Shown here one piece after another: positions 18,603 to 30,088 of a stretch of DNA of 64,000 nucleotides. Under the pieces are notes generated by a model, which saw only the letters and a program-made list of their open reading frames with translations, did no database searches and had not been told where the DNA came from. The stretch lies in NCBI RefSeq assembly GCF_051903065.1, contig NZ_CP178438.1. One strand, 5' to 3'. Every line of letters starts with the position of its first letter. Within the stretch, counting starts at the first letter, position 1. Source of the stretch: Escherichia coli. Its GTDB lineage: Bacteria > Pseudomonadota > Gammaproteobacteria > Enterobacterales > Enterobacteriaceae. The position numbers and the translations under genes are program-made.

Positions 18603-20663
18603 GTGTTATGCCCCCCAGCGTTTCCTGAAAATGGGCGATTAATATTATCTGAAGCGCAGGTAAACGCGAACTACCTAAAACAAATCAATAAAACAGAAGA
18701 GCACAAAACCAACTGTAGTAAACAGGCTGGATTTAGAATTGGCTTTACGTGTAATCAAAGTCTGCATATTAGTCTGTTTTTTGATGGTACAAATAATAAT
18801 GAATATAATGACACTCCTGGACACCCAATCAATATTGCCAAACTGTTTCATACGACCTATCAGAACGCAGAAGAACAGGGATATTTTAACTACTATATAC
18901 CGGGTGTAGGCACACCATTTCCCAAGATAGGTGAAATGGATTACAGCAACAGCGGGCTGGAGTTCGCTACTGGTGGTGAAGATCGAATTAATTGGGCATT
19001 ATTACGCCTCGTGGATGCCCTGAGCTATTCCATTGACCCTTCCCATAAGCGACTGGATGATAATGTGGCAAAAGAGCACATTCCTCTTATGCGCGCTCCC
19101 TGGCCTATGACTGGTGAAGTGAATCGTCGCAATGTGATTAACCCCTACCTGGAAAAATTACAGGGACTGTTAGAGCAAGCCAGTCCGCGCCTGCTAAACG
19201 TAAAGCTGTTTATCTACGGATTTTCCCGTGGCGCAGCGGAAGCACGAACTTTTGTTAACTGGTTGACTCAGTTAGCTTGCCCGCAGGAGCAACAGGTGAT
19301 GCTGGCCGGGTTAGCTGTCAGTATTGAGTTTTTGGGGCTGCTGGATACCGTAGCTTCTGTGGGGGCGGCGCATGTTTTACCGGGCGCTGCCGGTCATATG
19401 GGATGGGCCGATAGTACTCAGCAACTCCCTGATGAGAGGCAGTTTCCCGGCCTGATTAAATGCTGCCGCCACTTCGTTGCCGCGCATGAGCAGCGGCTGT
19501 GCTTTCCGCTGGATTCAATCCGTCGTCCAGACGGAAATTATCCTTTAAATGCAGAGGAAATTATCTATCCGGGGATGCACTCTGATGTCGGTGGTGGCTA
19601 TCCCGTTCGCGATCAGGGGAAGTCCTGTGGTGACTCAGGCGAAATTCTTTCTCAGATAGCACTGCATGATATGTATCTTGCTGCATTTGATTCAGGAGCA
19701 CCACTTGCTGTTTATTCTAAATTTGTTACTCCATTAATAAAAGGTGTGTCGCCTCTGCGAATTATGAGTCCTTCTAGCGTAAAGGAATTTACGATTGCTA
19801 ATTCATTAACAAAACGCTTCAACATCTGGCGACAAACGCTGCTGAACACCACCTTGCAGGGTACAGAAGAAATGATTGATACGAGGGAAGGTTATCACTC
19901 CTATCAACTTGCCCAGGTTCTTGAAAGCGCAATTAGCGATCAGATCGGCTGGATCACCGCCTGGCGTATCGGTCGCTATGCGAATAACAGCCTTCTTGTG
20001 CAACCTTTTTATATTAAGGCGCCACAGCTGGATAAAGATGGACTTGATAAAGAGGCTAAAGCGCGTAAAGAACAAATGGAAAATATTGAAAAAGAGCGGG
20101 CGAACAAGCAGAAAGGGAATGGCACACTTGATGAAAGTAATCAGGGCATTCCTATCCTTGACCCAACCAATGCTCAGTATCAGTTGCGAGAGGCAGCCCG
20201 AGAATTTCAGAGCGATTATAAAGGATGGACGCGCGATATTAACGGCAGCGTCATGGAGAAAGCCATTCAGATTCTTGTGGATGTCATTCCTAAATATCCG
20301 GTGTATCTGATTAATGGCGATGATGAAGCAAAAGAATATCAGCAAATTAAGGCTATGGGAGACGGACTCTATCCACAATTTTTTATTGATTCACTGGGAA
20401 CGGGAACGCGTACTCAGCCCTGCGCTGAATTACTGGCTCTCTATGATGACCAGGTTCACGACTCCCGCGCCTGGTTTATGCAAAGTTCGCTGGGTGGACG
20501 CGAACCCTGGGGCGGTTATTTTCGCTACCGCATGATTTACTTCGGTGATGAGGCTAATAAAGAGCTGAAGCTAATCTCTGCAGATGGCAAAGTTGTTGGT
20601 GATCAGCCCACATCCAACCGGGTCATTTATTGGATGGAATCGAAAACGGTGAGCCGAGGTTAA
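18603..20663 (+). CDS. tle1: T6SS phospholipase effector, Tle1-like (DUF2235, GxSxG)
   Basis: 686 aa; LFFDGTNNN N-terminal core motif and GFSRGA (GxSxG) at 19217-19234. Start codon uncertain: GTG 18603, no in-frame ATG upstream. Confidence 0.7.
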   Translation: MLCPPAFPENGRLILSEAQVNANYLKQINKTEEHKTNCSKQAGFRIGFTCNQSLHISLFFDGTNNNEYNDTPGHPINIAKLFHTTYQNAEEQGYFNYYIPGVGTPFPKIGEMDYSNSGLEFATGGEDRINWALLRLVDALSYSIDPSHKRLDDNVAKEHIPLMRAPWPMTGEVNRRNVINPYLEKLQGLLEQASPRLLNVKLFIYGFSRGAAEARTFVNWLTQLACPQEQQVMLAGLAVSIEFLGLLDTVASVGAAHVLPGAAGHMGWADSTQQLPDERQFPGLIKCCRHFVAAHEQRLCFPLDSIRRPDGNYPLNAEEIIYPGMHSDVGGGYPVRDQGKSCGDSGEILSQIALHDMYLAAFDSGAPLAVYSKFVTPLIKGVSPLRIMSPSSVKEFTIANSLTKRFNIWRQTLLNTTLQGTEEMIDTREGYHSYQLAQVLESAISDQIGWITAWRIGRYANNSLLVQPFYIKAPQLDKDGLDKEAKARKEQMENIEKERANKQKGNGTLDESNQGIPILDPTNAQYQLREAAREFQSDYKGWTRDINGSVMEKAIQILVDVIPKYPVYLINGDDEAKEYQQIKAMGDGLYPQFFIDSLGTGTRTQPCAELLALYDDQVHDSRAWFMQSSLGGREPWGGYFRYRMIYFGDEANKELKLISADGKVVGDQPTSNRVIYWMESKTVSRG

Positions 20664-20734
20664 GTTCATAAGATTGAGGGGGGGGTGACCGGGAAAATGT
20701 AGACATGTAGTGCCTAATCACCCCAGTTCAAACC

Positions 20735-20762
20735 CATCCGCATCCCGCCATGCCGGAAACTT
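20735..20762. repeat. 28-bp copy of the yafV 3' end (direct repeat with 23283-23310)
   Basis: CATCCGCATCCCGCCATGCCGGAAACTT is identical at both sites. Confidence 0.8.
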
Positions 20763-20920
20763 CACACTGTACTCCCAGGGAAAAATCACGTAATGCTGCT
20801 TTTTTTGTACTAAATAATTCGCATTTTATGTTCAATAATTGAGGTGTTCCTTATTACCTAAAGCTGTTTTTCATTGCTTATACATGATCAAATACTCATT
20901 GCATAATTAAGGGGGGCAAA

Positions 20921-21684
20921 ATGGAACTTAAAAAATTGATGGAACATATTTCTATTATCCCCGATTACAGGCAAGCCTGGAAAGTGGAACATAAATTGCC
21001 AGATATTCTATCTGTTAACTATTTGCGCCGTTATTTCTGGTGCATAATGCTGGGAAGATATAGAGGATTTGGGGAAACACATCCCGATTTTTTGAAGTGA
21101 TATGGTGATTTTGAAAATGGTATTCCTGTTCACGATATCATTGCCAGAGTTGTATCCTGTATCAGTCCTGAAAAATTTCATGAGTGCTTTATTAACTGGA
21201 TGCGTGACTGTCATTCTTCAGATGATAAAGACGTCATTACAATTGATGGAAAAACGCTCCGGCACTCTTATGATAAAAGTCGTCACAAGGGAGCAATTTA
21301 TGTCATTAAAATCCGTCTTCATATTGTTTGCATGTCTCTGATGAATTTATTGATTTTACGTTTGAATGGAAAGGGCTGAAGAAATTATGCATGGCAGCCT
21401 CATTTCGCTCAATAATAGCAGAACAAAAGAAAAATCCCGAAATGACGGTCAGATATTATAGCATTTCTGCTGATTTAACCGCAGAGAAGTTCGCCACAGC
21501 GAACCGAAATCACTGGCAAGTGGAGAATAAATTGCACTGGCATCTGGACGTGGTAATGAATAAAGACGACTTCAAAATAAGAAGAGGAAATGCAGCAGAA
21601 TTATTTTCAGGGATACCGAAGATCGCTATTAATATTTTAACGAAAGATAAGATAATCAAGGCAGGGGCAAGATGTAAGATGTGA
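20921..21684 (+). pseudogene. ISAs1-family (H-repeat-associated) transposase pseudogene with internal deletion and stops
   Basis: [26 protein letters not shown]... N-terminus, in-frame stop, and C-terminal part (...[11 protein letters not shown]...[11 protein letters not shown]...) in three broken frames. Confidence 0.75.
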
Positions 21685-21912
21685 AAAGCAGCTGCGGACA
21701 GAGACTACCTCGCGTCAGTCCTTGCGGGGGCGGGCTTTCGTAATCTTGTTCTGCAAGGGATGATAAAAAGTGCAACTTTATTCCACGCAGCTATTTAGAC
21801 AGCGTACAGTAAACAAACGAAAGTTGTTATTTCAATGGTCAGGGCAAGAGCATGAAGTGTTTACTACACACTATGCTCTTGTCCTGGAGTCAGGTCTTGT
21901 TTGGAGGGATAA

Positions 21913-22416
21913 ATGGTAGATATTGTCGAGGCCGATAAAACGGATATTTATTTCATTCAGGAGAGTGTTTATGGTAAAATCGGGCTGCCAGCTTTTGGTA
22001 ATACAATAGGACCATCTGCACAGCAGGTTGTTAAAAAGGTATTCGCTGTCGTTAAAGAACGAGATAAGACACATGCAAAACAGAGATTATTGTTGGAATA
22101 TAATGGTAACAAACTCTGGATGAATGCTATTGATGGCAGTGAAGCTATCCTACCAATAGAATTTTCTAAGCGATACGAACTTTCATTATTCAATACTACT
22201 AATTTTGGAGAAGATCCTTTTCCTGATGTTAATTTATATAATAATATGAAATCAAGTTTTTTTGTAAGGTTTGGTGGAACATCCCATCCCGAGGCTTGGG
22301 CTATTTATAATGCAAGTACGAAAGAGGTTAAATATATAGAAACTGCAAGAGAAATTGATAAAATATTCAGTGATTTTAACTTGAGTGGTACATTGCCAAT
22401 TCACATTGGTCAATGA
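21913..22416 (+). CDS. Hypothetical protein (AT-rich, unknown function)
   Basis: 167-aa ORF with GGAGGG RBS; no family recognised. Confidence 0.5.
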   Translation: MVDIVEADKTDIYFIQESVYGKIGLPAFGNTIGPSAQQVVKKVFAVVKERDKTHAKQRLLLEYNGNKLWMNAIDGSEAILPIEFSKRYELSLFNTTNFGEDPFPDVNLYNNMKSSFFVRFGGTSHPEAWAIYNASTKEVKYIETAREIDKIFSDFNLSGTLPIHIGQ

Positions 22417-22482
22417 TTTTTTAAATTGTGTGATTAAATAATTGAACATTAGTGATGATTTATAGCATCATTATTCTATAAC

Positions 22483-22995
22483 ATGAATAAACGGATTGAA
22501 TGTGTTATGTTAAAAATGAGTTTATACGTAATAATATTGTTATTTTCCTTTCAGATTAGTGCAGCCATTACTAGCAAGGAAAGTGAGGTTGTTTCACCAT
22601 TATTAATGGATGTTAATTCTTCACTAACAATGCAAAATATTTCTGAATTATCCACATCATCGGAACCATCGCAACAGGGGGTATTTCCTGTAATATGTAC
22701 TCGACTTCATCCTGGCTCCGTAATGAAACGCCAGTTATTAACCGGCTGGGGGCCTGTTTTTATAATTGGTGATGATCCTTTTTCTCTGCGCTGGATGAGT
22801 GAACATCTGGAGATCCTTAAATCGCTAAATGCCCTTGGTTTGGTTGTTAATGTTGAATCAGTAGAACGAATGGAGGTATTACAGCAGCGGGCTGATGGGT
22901 TATTGTTATTGCCAGTTATCTGCGATAATTTCGTGCAAACTCTGCAATTAAATGCTTATCCGGTATTAATCACAGAGATGGAAATATCACAATGA
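22483..22995 (+). CDS. Hypothetical secreted protein (signal peptide)
   Basis: 170-aa ORF; N-terminal hydrophobic signal MSLYVIILLFSFQISAAIT; AT-rich. Confidence 0.5.
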   Translation: MNKRIECVMLKMSLYVIILLFSFQISAAITSKESEVVSPLLMDVNSSLTMQNISELSTSSEPSQQGVFPVICTRLHPGSVMKRQLLTGWGPVFIIGDDPFSLRWMSEHLEILKSLNALGLVVNVESVERMEVLQQRADGLLLLPVICDNFVQTLQLNAYPVLITEMEISQ

Positions 22996-23017
22996 TTAAT
23001 AACATAATTACTGCAAA

Positions 23018-23222
23018 TAATATCGTAATTTTGAAAATGGTAATCCTGTTCACGGCACCATAATTAGAGTTATGTCTTGTATCCGTTCAGTATAATTTCA
23101 CGAATGCTTTATTAACTGGATGCGTGACTGCCATTCATCAAATGACAAAGACGTCATCGCGATTGATGGAAAAGCACTTCCACACTCCTATGATAAAAGT
23201 GGTCGCAGGAGAGCGGGCTTTC
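23018..23222 (+). pseudogene. Second ISAs1-family transposase fragment (about 200 bp, direct repeat of 21095-21300)
   Basis: YGDFENG...[24 protein letters not shown]... segment is duplicated at both locations. Confidence 0.7.
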
Positions 23223-23268
23223 GTAGTCTTCCCCGACTCTCCCCAGCCCTAAACACAACACCCACTCA

Positions 23269-24045
23269 CTACAACCTAAACTCATCCGCATCCCGCCATG
23301 CCGGAAACTTATCGCGATATTCCCTTAACACCGCCATCGACAGCTCCGCATCAATGCGCGTTGCCTGATGCGCGTCGGCAGTAGCGATAATCTCGCCCTG
23401 TGGATTAATCACCCGGCTGTCACCGCGATAATGGCAGCCGTTGCCATCGCTGCCGACGCGATTGCATCCCGCCACATACGCCTGATTCTCAATCGCGCGG
23501 GCCGTCAGCAATGCCTGCCAGTGCAGAGAGCGCGGAGCAGGCCAGTTGGCAACGTAGATGGCGAGGTCATAATCGTTGAGATTGCGCGACCACACCGGAA
23601 AACGTAAGTCGTAGCACACCAACGGCAAAATACGCCAGCCGCGCCATTCCACAATCACTCGCGCATTGCCCGCTTTATAATGCAGATGCTCATCTGCCAT
23701 GCGGAACAGATGACGCTTATCATAAAAATGTACCGTGCCGCCCGGCTCAACCAGCAAAAAGCGGTTAACCGAACCAGACTCCGTTTGTAATGCAACACTG
23801 CCTGCAATCAGCGCATTGCACTGCTGCGCTTTGGCTGTCATCCAGTTCACTACGTCATCTTGTGCTAGCGACGAAGCAGCCGCTTCCATGGCAAAGCCGC
23901 TGGTAAACATCTCCGGTAGAACGATCACATCGCGCCCGGTAATACCTTCCAGTTGACGATCAAAATGACGCAGGTTGGCAGGGCCATCCATCCACACCAG
24001 TGGTTGCTGCAAAAGCGTAATCTTCAAACCAGGCACGGTGTACAA
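23269..24045 (-). CDS. yafV: Carbon-nitrogen hydrolase family protein YafV
   Basis: 258-aa ORF, nitrilase-superfamily sequence; true start may be 3 codons internal. Confidence 0.9.
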   Translation of the reverse strand: MYTVPGLKITLLQQPLVWMDGPANLRHFDRQLEGITGRDVIVLPEMFTSGFAMEAAASSLAQDDVVNWMTAKAQQCNALIAGSVALQTESGSVNRFLLVEPGGTVHFYDKRHLFRMADEHLHYKAGNARVIVEWRGWRILPLVCYDLRFPVWSRNLNDYDLAIYVANWPAPRSLHWQALLTARAIENQAYVAGCNRVGSDGNGCHYRGDSRVINPQGEIIATADAHQATRIDAELSMAVLREYRDKFPAWRDADEFRL

Positions 24046-24189
24046 CTCCTTTATGCGAAGGGTTTTATAACTTTAACACCTTATCAGGCAGTTGCCTTAG
24101 CGCAGAATAAATTGATAACAAATGCTGATATTGGAAATATCTGATTTGCAAATTATCGTGTTATCGCCAGGCTTTAGGAGGTTAATAAC

Positions 24190-24663
24190 ATGGGCAGGAT
24201 AAGCTCGGGAGGAATGATGTTTAAGGCAATAACGACAGTCGCCGCTCTGGTCATCGCCACCAGTGCAATGGCGCAGGATGATTTAACCATTAGTAGCCTT
24301 GCAAAGGGCGAAACCACCAAAGCTGCGTTTAATCAGATGGTGCAAGGGCATAAGCTGCCTGCCTGGGTGATGAAAGGCGGTACTTATACCCCTGCACAAA
24401 CCGTAACGTTGGGAGATGAGACGTATCAGGTGATGAGCGCGTGCAAACCGCATGACTGTGGCTCGCAACGTATCGCTGTGATGTGGTCCGAGAAATCTAA
24501 TCAGATGACGGGGCTGTTCTCGACTATTGATGAGAAAACGTCGCAAGAGAAACTCACCTGGTTGAATGTGAACGATGCGCTTTCGATTGATGGTAAAACG
24601 GTGCTGTTCGCGGCGTTGACCGGCAGCCTGGAAAACCATCCGGATGGCTTTAATTTTAAATAA
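24190..24663 (+). CDS. ivy: Inhibitor of vertebrate lysozyme
   Basis: 157 aa, signal peptide, CKPHDC motif. Confidence 0.95.
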   Translation: MGRISSGGMMFKAITTVAALVIATSAMAQDDLTISSLAKGETTKAAFNQMVQGHKLPAWVMKGGTYTPAQTVTLGDETYQVMSACKPHDCGSQRIAVMWSEKSNQMTGLFSTIDEKTSQEKLTWLNVNDALSIDGKTVLFAALTGSLENHPDGFNFK

Positions 24664-24677
24664 TTAGCGGATAAAGA

Positions 24678-24699
24678 AACGGAGCCTTTCGGCTCCGTT
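24678..24699. terminator. Bidirectional terminator hairpin between ivy and fadE
   Basis: AACGGAGCC-tttc-GGCTCCGTT between convergent genes. Confidence 0.7.
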
Positions 24700-24705
24700 A
24701 TTCAA

Positions 24706-27150
24706 TTACGCGGCTTCAACTTTCCGCACTTTCTCCGGCAACTTTACCGGCTTCGTCGCCAGCTCTTCCGGATCAAAGTCATCAACGTTAATACTGCGCA
24801 GACGGCTTTCTTCCGCTTTCACCAGAATAGCGGCTTCATCTTTATCAATCAGCCCCTTCGCCAGCGCGTTGTGCGCCAGTTCATCCAGACGGGTAAATGG
24901 CAGATTTTTACCCAGCTCTTTACAGATCCGCTGATGAATCGGGTCGGCGGCAATCACATCCACCAACGCCTCTTCCAGTAAACCAACCGGGTTATGCTCG
25001 CTTGGCGTCAGGTACTGACCGCGACCAATACGTGAACGAGTGGCGTTCGGCACTTGTAAAATCTTCGCCACTTTATGATCCAGCTTGTCAGACGGTGCCA
25101 GATAATGACGTCCGGTCGGGAAGATCACCACATTCAGCAGCCCGGCAACCACGCGGTTCGGGAAGTTTTGCAGTAAATCGTCCATCGCCTGTTCTGCCTG
25201 ATACAGCGCATCCTGTACGCCCCAGTGCACCAGCGGCAGATCGGCTTCATTACGGCCTTCGTCGTCATAACGCTTCAGAACGGCAGAGGCGAGGTAAAGC
25301 TGGCTTAAAATATCACCCAGACGTGCCGAGATACGCTCACGACGTTTCAGGCTGCCGCCCAGCACTGCCATCGAGACATCAGAAAGCAGGGCGAGGTTGG
25401 CGCTCAGGCGGTTCAGGTGCTGATAGTAGCGTTTAGTGGCATCGCCGGTTGGCGTGCTGCTGGTTAAACCGCGCGTCAGGCCCAGCCAGAAGCTGCGAAC
25501 TTTGTTGCTACCGACGTGACCGATATGTTTGAACAACAGTTTATCGAACGCGTTGACGTCATTGTTCTTCGCCGCTTCCATCTCTTCCAGCACGTACGGA
25601 TGGCAACGAATCGCTCCTTGTCCGAAGATCATCATGCTGCGGGTCAGAATGTTAGCCCCTTCAACGGTGATGGCAATCGGTGCGCCCTGGTAAGCACGCG
25701 CCAGGAAGTTGCTTTGCCCGAGCATAATGCCTTTACCGCCGGTAATATCCATCGCATCAATAATCGACTGCTGCCCGCGGTGGGTACAGTGATACTTAAC
25801 GATAGCCGACAGCACGGCAGGTTTTTCGCCGAGCATAATGCCGTAGGTAATCAGCGATGCCGCAGCATCCATTACATAAGCGTTCCCGGCAATACGCGCC
25901 AGCGGCTCTTCAATCCCTTCCATCTTACCGATAGAGATTTTGAACTGACGGCGAATGTGAGCATACGCGCCCGTTGCCAGCGCTACCGATTTCACGCCGC
26001 CGGTTGAGTTGGAAGGCAGGGTGATGCCGCGGCCTACCGAGAGGCACTCCACCAGCATCCGCCAGCCTTGCCCGGCCATTTTGGGTCCGCCGATGATGTA
26101 ATCGATCGGTACGAAGACATCTTTACCGCGCGTCGGTCCGTTCTGGAAAGGTACGTTCAGCGGGAAGTGGCGACGACCAATTTCCACGCCCGGCGTGGTG
26201 GTCGGGATCAGCGCACAGGTAATACCTAAATCTTCTGCACCACCCAGCAATTTTTCCGGGTCGGAGAGTTTAAACGCCAGACCAAGCACGGTCGCAATCG
26301 GTGCCAGCGTAATGTAGCGTTTGTTCCAGGTCAGACGCATCCCCAGCACCTGCTGGCCCTGCCATTCACCCATGCAGACAATCCCGGTATCCGGGATAGC
26401 GCCCGCATCGGAACCCGCTTCCGGGCTGGTTAGTGCAAAGCAAGGGATTTCCTGACCACGCGCCAGACGCGGCAGATAGTGATCTTTCTGCTCGTCAGTG
26501 CCGTAATGTTGCAGCAGCTCGCCCGGGCCTAATGAGTTCGGCACGCCGACGGTAATCGCCAGGATCCCGCTCACGCCGGAGAGTTTTTGCAGCACGCGAG
26601 ACTGGGCATAAGCCGAGAACTCCAGCCCGCCGTACTCTTTTTTGATGATCATCGCGAAGAAACGATGCTCTTTAAGGTACGCCCACAACTCCGGCGGCAG
26701 ATCCGCCAGCTCATGAGTAATCTGGAAATCATTCGCCATCCGGCAGGCTTCTTCTACCGGGCCGTCGAGAAACGCTTGCTCTTCAGCGGTCAGGCGCGGC
26801 TGCGGATAGTTATGCAGCTTTTTCCAGTCCGGCTTGCCCTGGAACAAGTCGCCCTCCCACCAGGTGGTGCCCGCATCAATCGCTTCTTTCTCAGTGCGCG
26901 ACATCGGCGGCATCACCTTACGGAAACCGCGAAATACCGGCGCGGAAATCATCGACTTACGCATAGGCGCAAAGTTAAATGGCACGAGGATAATGGCCAG
27001 AGGCACCAGTACCCACACCGACCACAGACCAGCAACGCCGAGGGCGGCTGTCCAGGCGAGCAAAATCAGACTGCTGATAAATAAGCTCACGCGGTGATAG
27101 AACAACGCGCCGAGCAGGACAACCGTAGCGAGAATACTCAAAATCATCAT
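24706..27150 (-). CDS. fadE: Acyl-CoA dehydrogenase FadE
   Basis: Track ORF is 840 aa; start trimmed to [11 protein letters not shown] (814 aa) by comparison with the known FadE N-terminus. Confidence 0.95.
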   Translation of the reverse strand: MMILSILATVVLLGALFYHRVSLFISSLILLAWTAALGVAGLWSVWVLVPLAIILVPFNFAPMRKSMISAPVFRGFRKVMPPMSRTEKEAIDAGTTWWEGDLFQGKPDWKKLHNYPQPRLTAEEQAFLDGPVEEACRMANDFQITHELADLPPELWAYLKEHRFFAMIIKKEYGGLEFSAYAQSRVLQKLSGVSGILAITVGVPNSLGPGELLQHYGTDEQKDHYLPRLARGQEIPCFALTSPEAGSDAGAIPDTGIVCMGEWQGQQVLGMRLTWNKRYITLAPIATVLGLAFKLSDPEKLLGGAEDLGITCALIPTTTPGVEIGRRHFPLNVPFQNGPTRGKDVFVPIDYIIGGPKMAGQGWRMLVECLSVGRGITLPSNSTGGVKSVALATGAYAHIRRQFKISIGKMEGIEEPLARIAGNAYVMDAAASLITYGIMLGEKPAVLSAIVKYHCTHRGQQSIIDAMDITGGKGIMLGQSNFLARAYQGAPIAITVEGANILTRSMMIFGQGAIRCHPYVLEEMEAAKNNDVNAFDKLLFKHIGHVGSNKVRSFWLGLTRGLTSSTPTGDATKRYYQHLNRLSANLALLSDVSMAVLGGSLKRRERISARLGDILSQLYLASAVLKRYDDEGRNEADLPLVHWGVQDALYQAEQAMDDLLQNFPNRVVAGLLNVVIFPTGRHYLAPSDKLDHKVAKILQVPNATRSRIGRGQYLTPSEHNPVGLLEEALVDVIAADPIHQRICKELGKNLPFTRLDELAHNALAKGLIDKDEAAILVKAEESRLRSINVDDFDPEELATKPVKLPEKVRKVEAA

Positions 27151-27389
27151 AACGAAAAGCCCCTTACTTGTAGGAGGTCTGACCACTTGTGATGATATGG
27201 TTGTAGTGGATGTAAAAACATTTAGCAATGTGTTTACAATATAATTACAACAAAGCTCACATTGTTGCTGTTTTTATCCGCACTTCAGGTCAAAAAGTCC
27301 TGGTCATAGCACCGGCCCGTACTTCTCGCTTTTGGCGGTATCCGGTACACTGCATTTTGTCTATTACATTTATGCTGAAGGATATCCTC

Positions 27390-27968
27390 ATGTACCAGGA
27401 TCTTATTCGTAACGAACTGAACGAAGCGGCGGAAACGCTGGCTAACTTTTTAAAAGATGACGCCAATATTCACGCCATTCAGCGCGCGGCGGTCCTGTTA
27501 GCAGACAGCTTTAAAGCCGGTGGCAAAGTGCTTTCCTGCGGCAACGGCGGTTCCCATTGCGACGCTATGCACTTTGCCGAAGAGTTGACCGGTCGCTACC
27601 GTGAAAACCGTCCGGGCTACCCGGCGATTGCTATTTCTGACGTTAGTCATATTTCATGCGTCGGTAACGATTTCGGTTTCAATGATATTTTCTCCCGTTA
27701 CGTTGAAGCGGTAGGTCGCGAAGGCGATGTACTGCTGGGGATCTCCACCTCCGGTAACTCTGCAAACGTGATCAAAGCGATCGCAGCGGCGCGTGAGAAG
27801 GGAATGAAAGTGATCACCCTGACCGGTAAAGACGGCGGCAAAATGGCTGGCACGGCGGATATCGAAATTCGCGTACCGCACTTTGGTTATGCCGACCGCA
27901 TTCAGGAGATTCACATTAAAGTGATCCATATCCTGATCCAGTTGATTGAAAAAGAGATGGTTAAGTAA
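27390..27968 (+). CDS. gmhA: Phosphoheptose isomerase GmhA
   Basis: 192 aa from the internal start [17 protein letters not shown]... Confidence 0.95.
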
Positions 27969-28130
27969 GTCTGGCGTAGGCCGGATAAGACGTTTACGCC
28001 GCATCCGGCAATTGTGCACCGATGCCTGATGCGACGCTGACGCGTCTTATCATGCCTACAAATCTGTACGCGAACCGTAGGCCGAATAATGCGTTCACGC
28101 CGCATCCGACCTGAAAATTCTTAAATCAAT
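27969..28130. repeat. REP/BIME cluster
   Basis: Repeated palindromic units GCCGGATAAG...GCCGCATCCGGCA and GCCTGATGCGACGCTGACGCGTCTTATCA. Confidence 0.85.
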
Positions 28131-28176
28131 CTTCGCCGGGGGCCATGCGCTCCCGCTGTTGTGGAGGTTACCCATG

Positions 28177-28941
28177 TGCGAATTGCTCGGGATGAGCGCC
28201 AACGTCCCTACCGATATCTGCTTTAGTTTCACCGGTCTGGTGCAGCGTGGTGGTGGAACCGGGCCACATAAAGATGGCTGGGGCATTACCTTTTACGAAG
28301 GTAAAGGCTGTCGCACATTTAAAGATCCGCAACCCAGCTTTAACTCACCTATCGCCAAACTGGTCCAGGACTACCCGATAAAATCCTGTTCGGTGGTGGC
28401 TCATATTCGCCAGGCTAATCGGGGCGAGGTGGCGCTGGAAAATACTCACCCATTTACCCGCGAGTTATGGGGGCGTAACTGGACTTATGCCCATAACGGA
28501 CAACTGACGGGCTACAAATCACTGGAAACCGGCAACTTCCGCCCGGTAGGCGAAACCGACAGTGAAAAAGCCTTCTGCTGGCTCCTGCATAAATTAACGC
28601 AGCGTTACCCGCGCACACCGGGCAACATGGCGGCGGTATTTAAATATATCGCCTCACTGGCGGATGAACTGCGGCAGAAGGGCGTTTTCAACATGCTGCT
28701 TTCGGACGGGCGCTATGTAATGGCGTATTGCTCGACTAATTTACACTGGATCACCCGCCGCGCGCCGTTTGGCGTGGCAACGTTGCTGGATCAGGATGTG
28801 GAAATCGACTTCAGCTCGCAGACCACACCGAATGATGTGGTCACGGTGATTGCGACACAGCCGCTGACGGGCAATGAAACCTGGCAAAAAATTATGCCAG
28901 GCGAATGGCGCTTATTTTGCCTCGGGGAGCGTGTAGTTTGA
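28177..28941 (+). CDS. yafJ: Class II glutamine amidotransferase-like protein YafJ
   Basis: MCELLGMS... N-terminal Cys nucleophile; 255 aa. Confidence 0.9.
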   Translation, partial: CELLGMSANVPTDICFSFTGLVQRGGGTGPHKDGWGITFYEGKGCRTFKDPQPSFNSPIAKLVQDYPIKSCSVVAHIRQANRGEVALENTHPFTRELWGRNWTYAHNGQLTGYKSLETGNFRPVGETDSEKAFCWLLHKLTQRYPRTPGNMAAVFKYIASLADELRQKGVFNMLLSDGRYVMAYCSTNLHWITRRAPFGVATLLDQDVEIDFSSQTTPNDVVTVIATQPLTGNETWQKIMPGEWRLFCLGERVV

Positions 28942-29652
28942 TGCCAGCTGTGGTTGCACAACTTCGTGGCTTAACGGCTTGCTGACCACGTAACGACCAT
29001 TGACCACAGAAACGGTCGGTGGCTTACGGGTTTGCTCAAAGTAGTCGTAACCCGGCTTCAGTTGCTCCCAGAAGTCCTTAAAGTTGGAATATTTGTGGCG
29101 CTTCATATTAGCGTCGGTCATGCGGAACGGGTAAATGCTCACTTGCACGCTCGGCTGACCAAATACCAGTGCGCCAGTAACGAACTGGAAAATCTCGTCA
29201 ATGCCCTGATTGGTCATCGCGTAGCAGCCGATGGAAACACAATCGCCGTGGATCATCAGGTATTTCCCTTCATAACCATGCGCACGGTCATAGGCATTGG
29301 GGAAACCAATATTAATCGCTTTGTAGTAACGGCTGTCTGGTTTTAACTGATTACGCTGGACGCTATAAAACCCTTCCGGGCTTTTGAAATCGCCCTGACG
29401 CTGTTTTGGCCCTAAGCCGCCGGAATATTTACAGATTTTATAGCTGTCGAGCAGTTGATATTGCTCGCCCATTTTGACGTAGAGATCGAGCGTACGTTCT
29501 TCCTTGAAGATCTGGATGTAGACAGGGGATCCCATCAACTGCTGCTTATACTCTTTGCTCACTGGCGTGGTCGAGCTACTGCTGCCCAGCAAACCGGCAA
29601 ACGAAACGCACGGGATCAACAACATCGCAAGAATTAATGCGATTTTACGCAT
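28912..29652 (-). CDS. yafK: L,D-transpeptidase-like periplasmic protein YafK
   Basis: 246 aa with signal peptide, YkuD-type. Confidence 0.9.
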   Translation of the reverse strand: MRKIALILAMLLIPCVSFAGLLGSSSSTTPVSKEYKQQLMGSPVYIQIFKEERTLDLYVKMGEQYQLLDSYKICKYSGGLGPKQRQGDFKSPEGFYSVQRNQLKPDSRYYKAINIGFPNAYDRAHGYEGKYLMIHGDCVSIGCYAMTNQGIDEIFQFVTGALVFGQPSVQVSIYPFRMTDANMKRHKYSNFKDFWEQLKPGYDYFEQTRKPPTVSVVNGRYVVSKPLSHEVVQPQLASNYTLPEAK

Positions 29653-29807
29653 ACTGCTTATTCCTTGATAAAACGGTTACACACGCCAGGACGGCAAAAT
29701 GGATCCCAAATCGGAATAGTCTGGATTTGGAAGGCTCACATTATCACCAAAAGAGTTTTACGCAAGCCTGTCGGCGCAGGGTTTACAAATTTCATCGGAA
29801 GCGGGCT

Positions 29808-30086
29808 TTACCCAAAGAGCGCCGCGTGAGTTCCAGTTCTCTCAAATCGTAAAAGTTTATCGGTAAGTTTGTAAATCAGGAGCCAGTCCGGTTCGACATG
29901 AGCATCGCGATAACCTTTCCATGAACCTTGCAGCGGGTGGTCTTTATAAACAGCTGGAATCGGTAAAGTATTATTGATAAGAAGCGTCATAAGATATTTC
30001 AATTTATTCATATCCTTATGACGCTTTTGTGCAAGTTTTACATCCTTTGAAAATTGTCCCGAGTATTCAATATCCCTTTGAATCAT
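29808..30086 (-). CDS. yafQ: Type II toxin YafQ (RelE-like mRNA interferase)
   Basis: 92 aa, matches YafQ. Confidence 0.95.
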   Translation of the reverse strand: MIQRDIEYSGQFSKDVKLAQKRHKDMNKLKYLMTLLINNTLPIPAVYKDHPLQGSWKGYRDAHVEPDWLLIYKLTDKLLRFERTGTHAALFG

Positions 30087-30088
30087 AT

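Noticed and set aside
24897-26007. Plus-strand ORFs of 163-179 aa inside fadE
   Set aside because: Antisense to a confidently identified 814-aa gene.
27969-28130. Possible CRISPR-like repeat array
   Set aside because: Repeats are palindromic REP/BIME units of irregular spacing and orientation; no uniform direct repeats with unique spacers and no cas genes.
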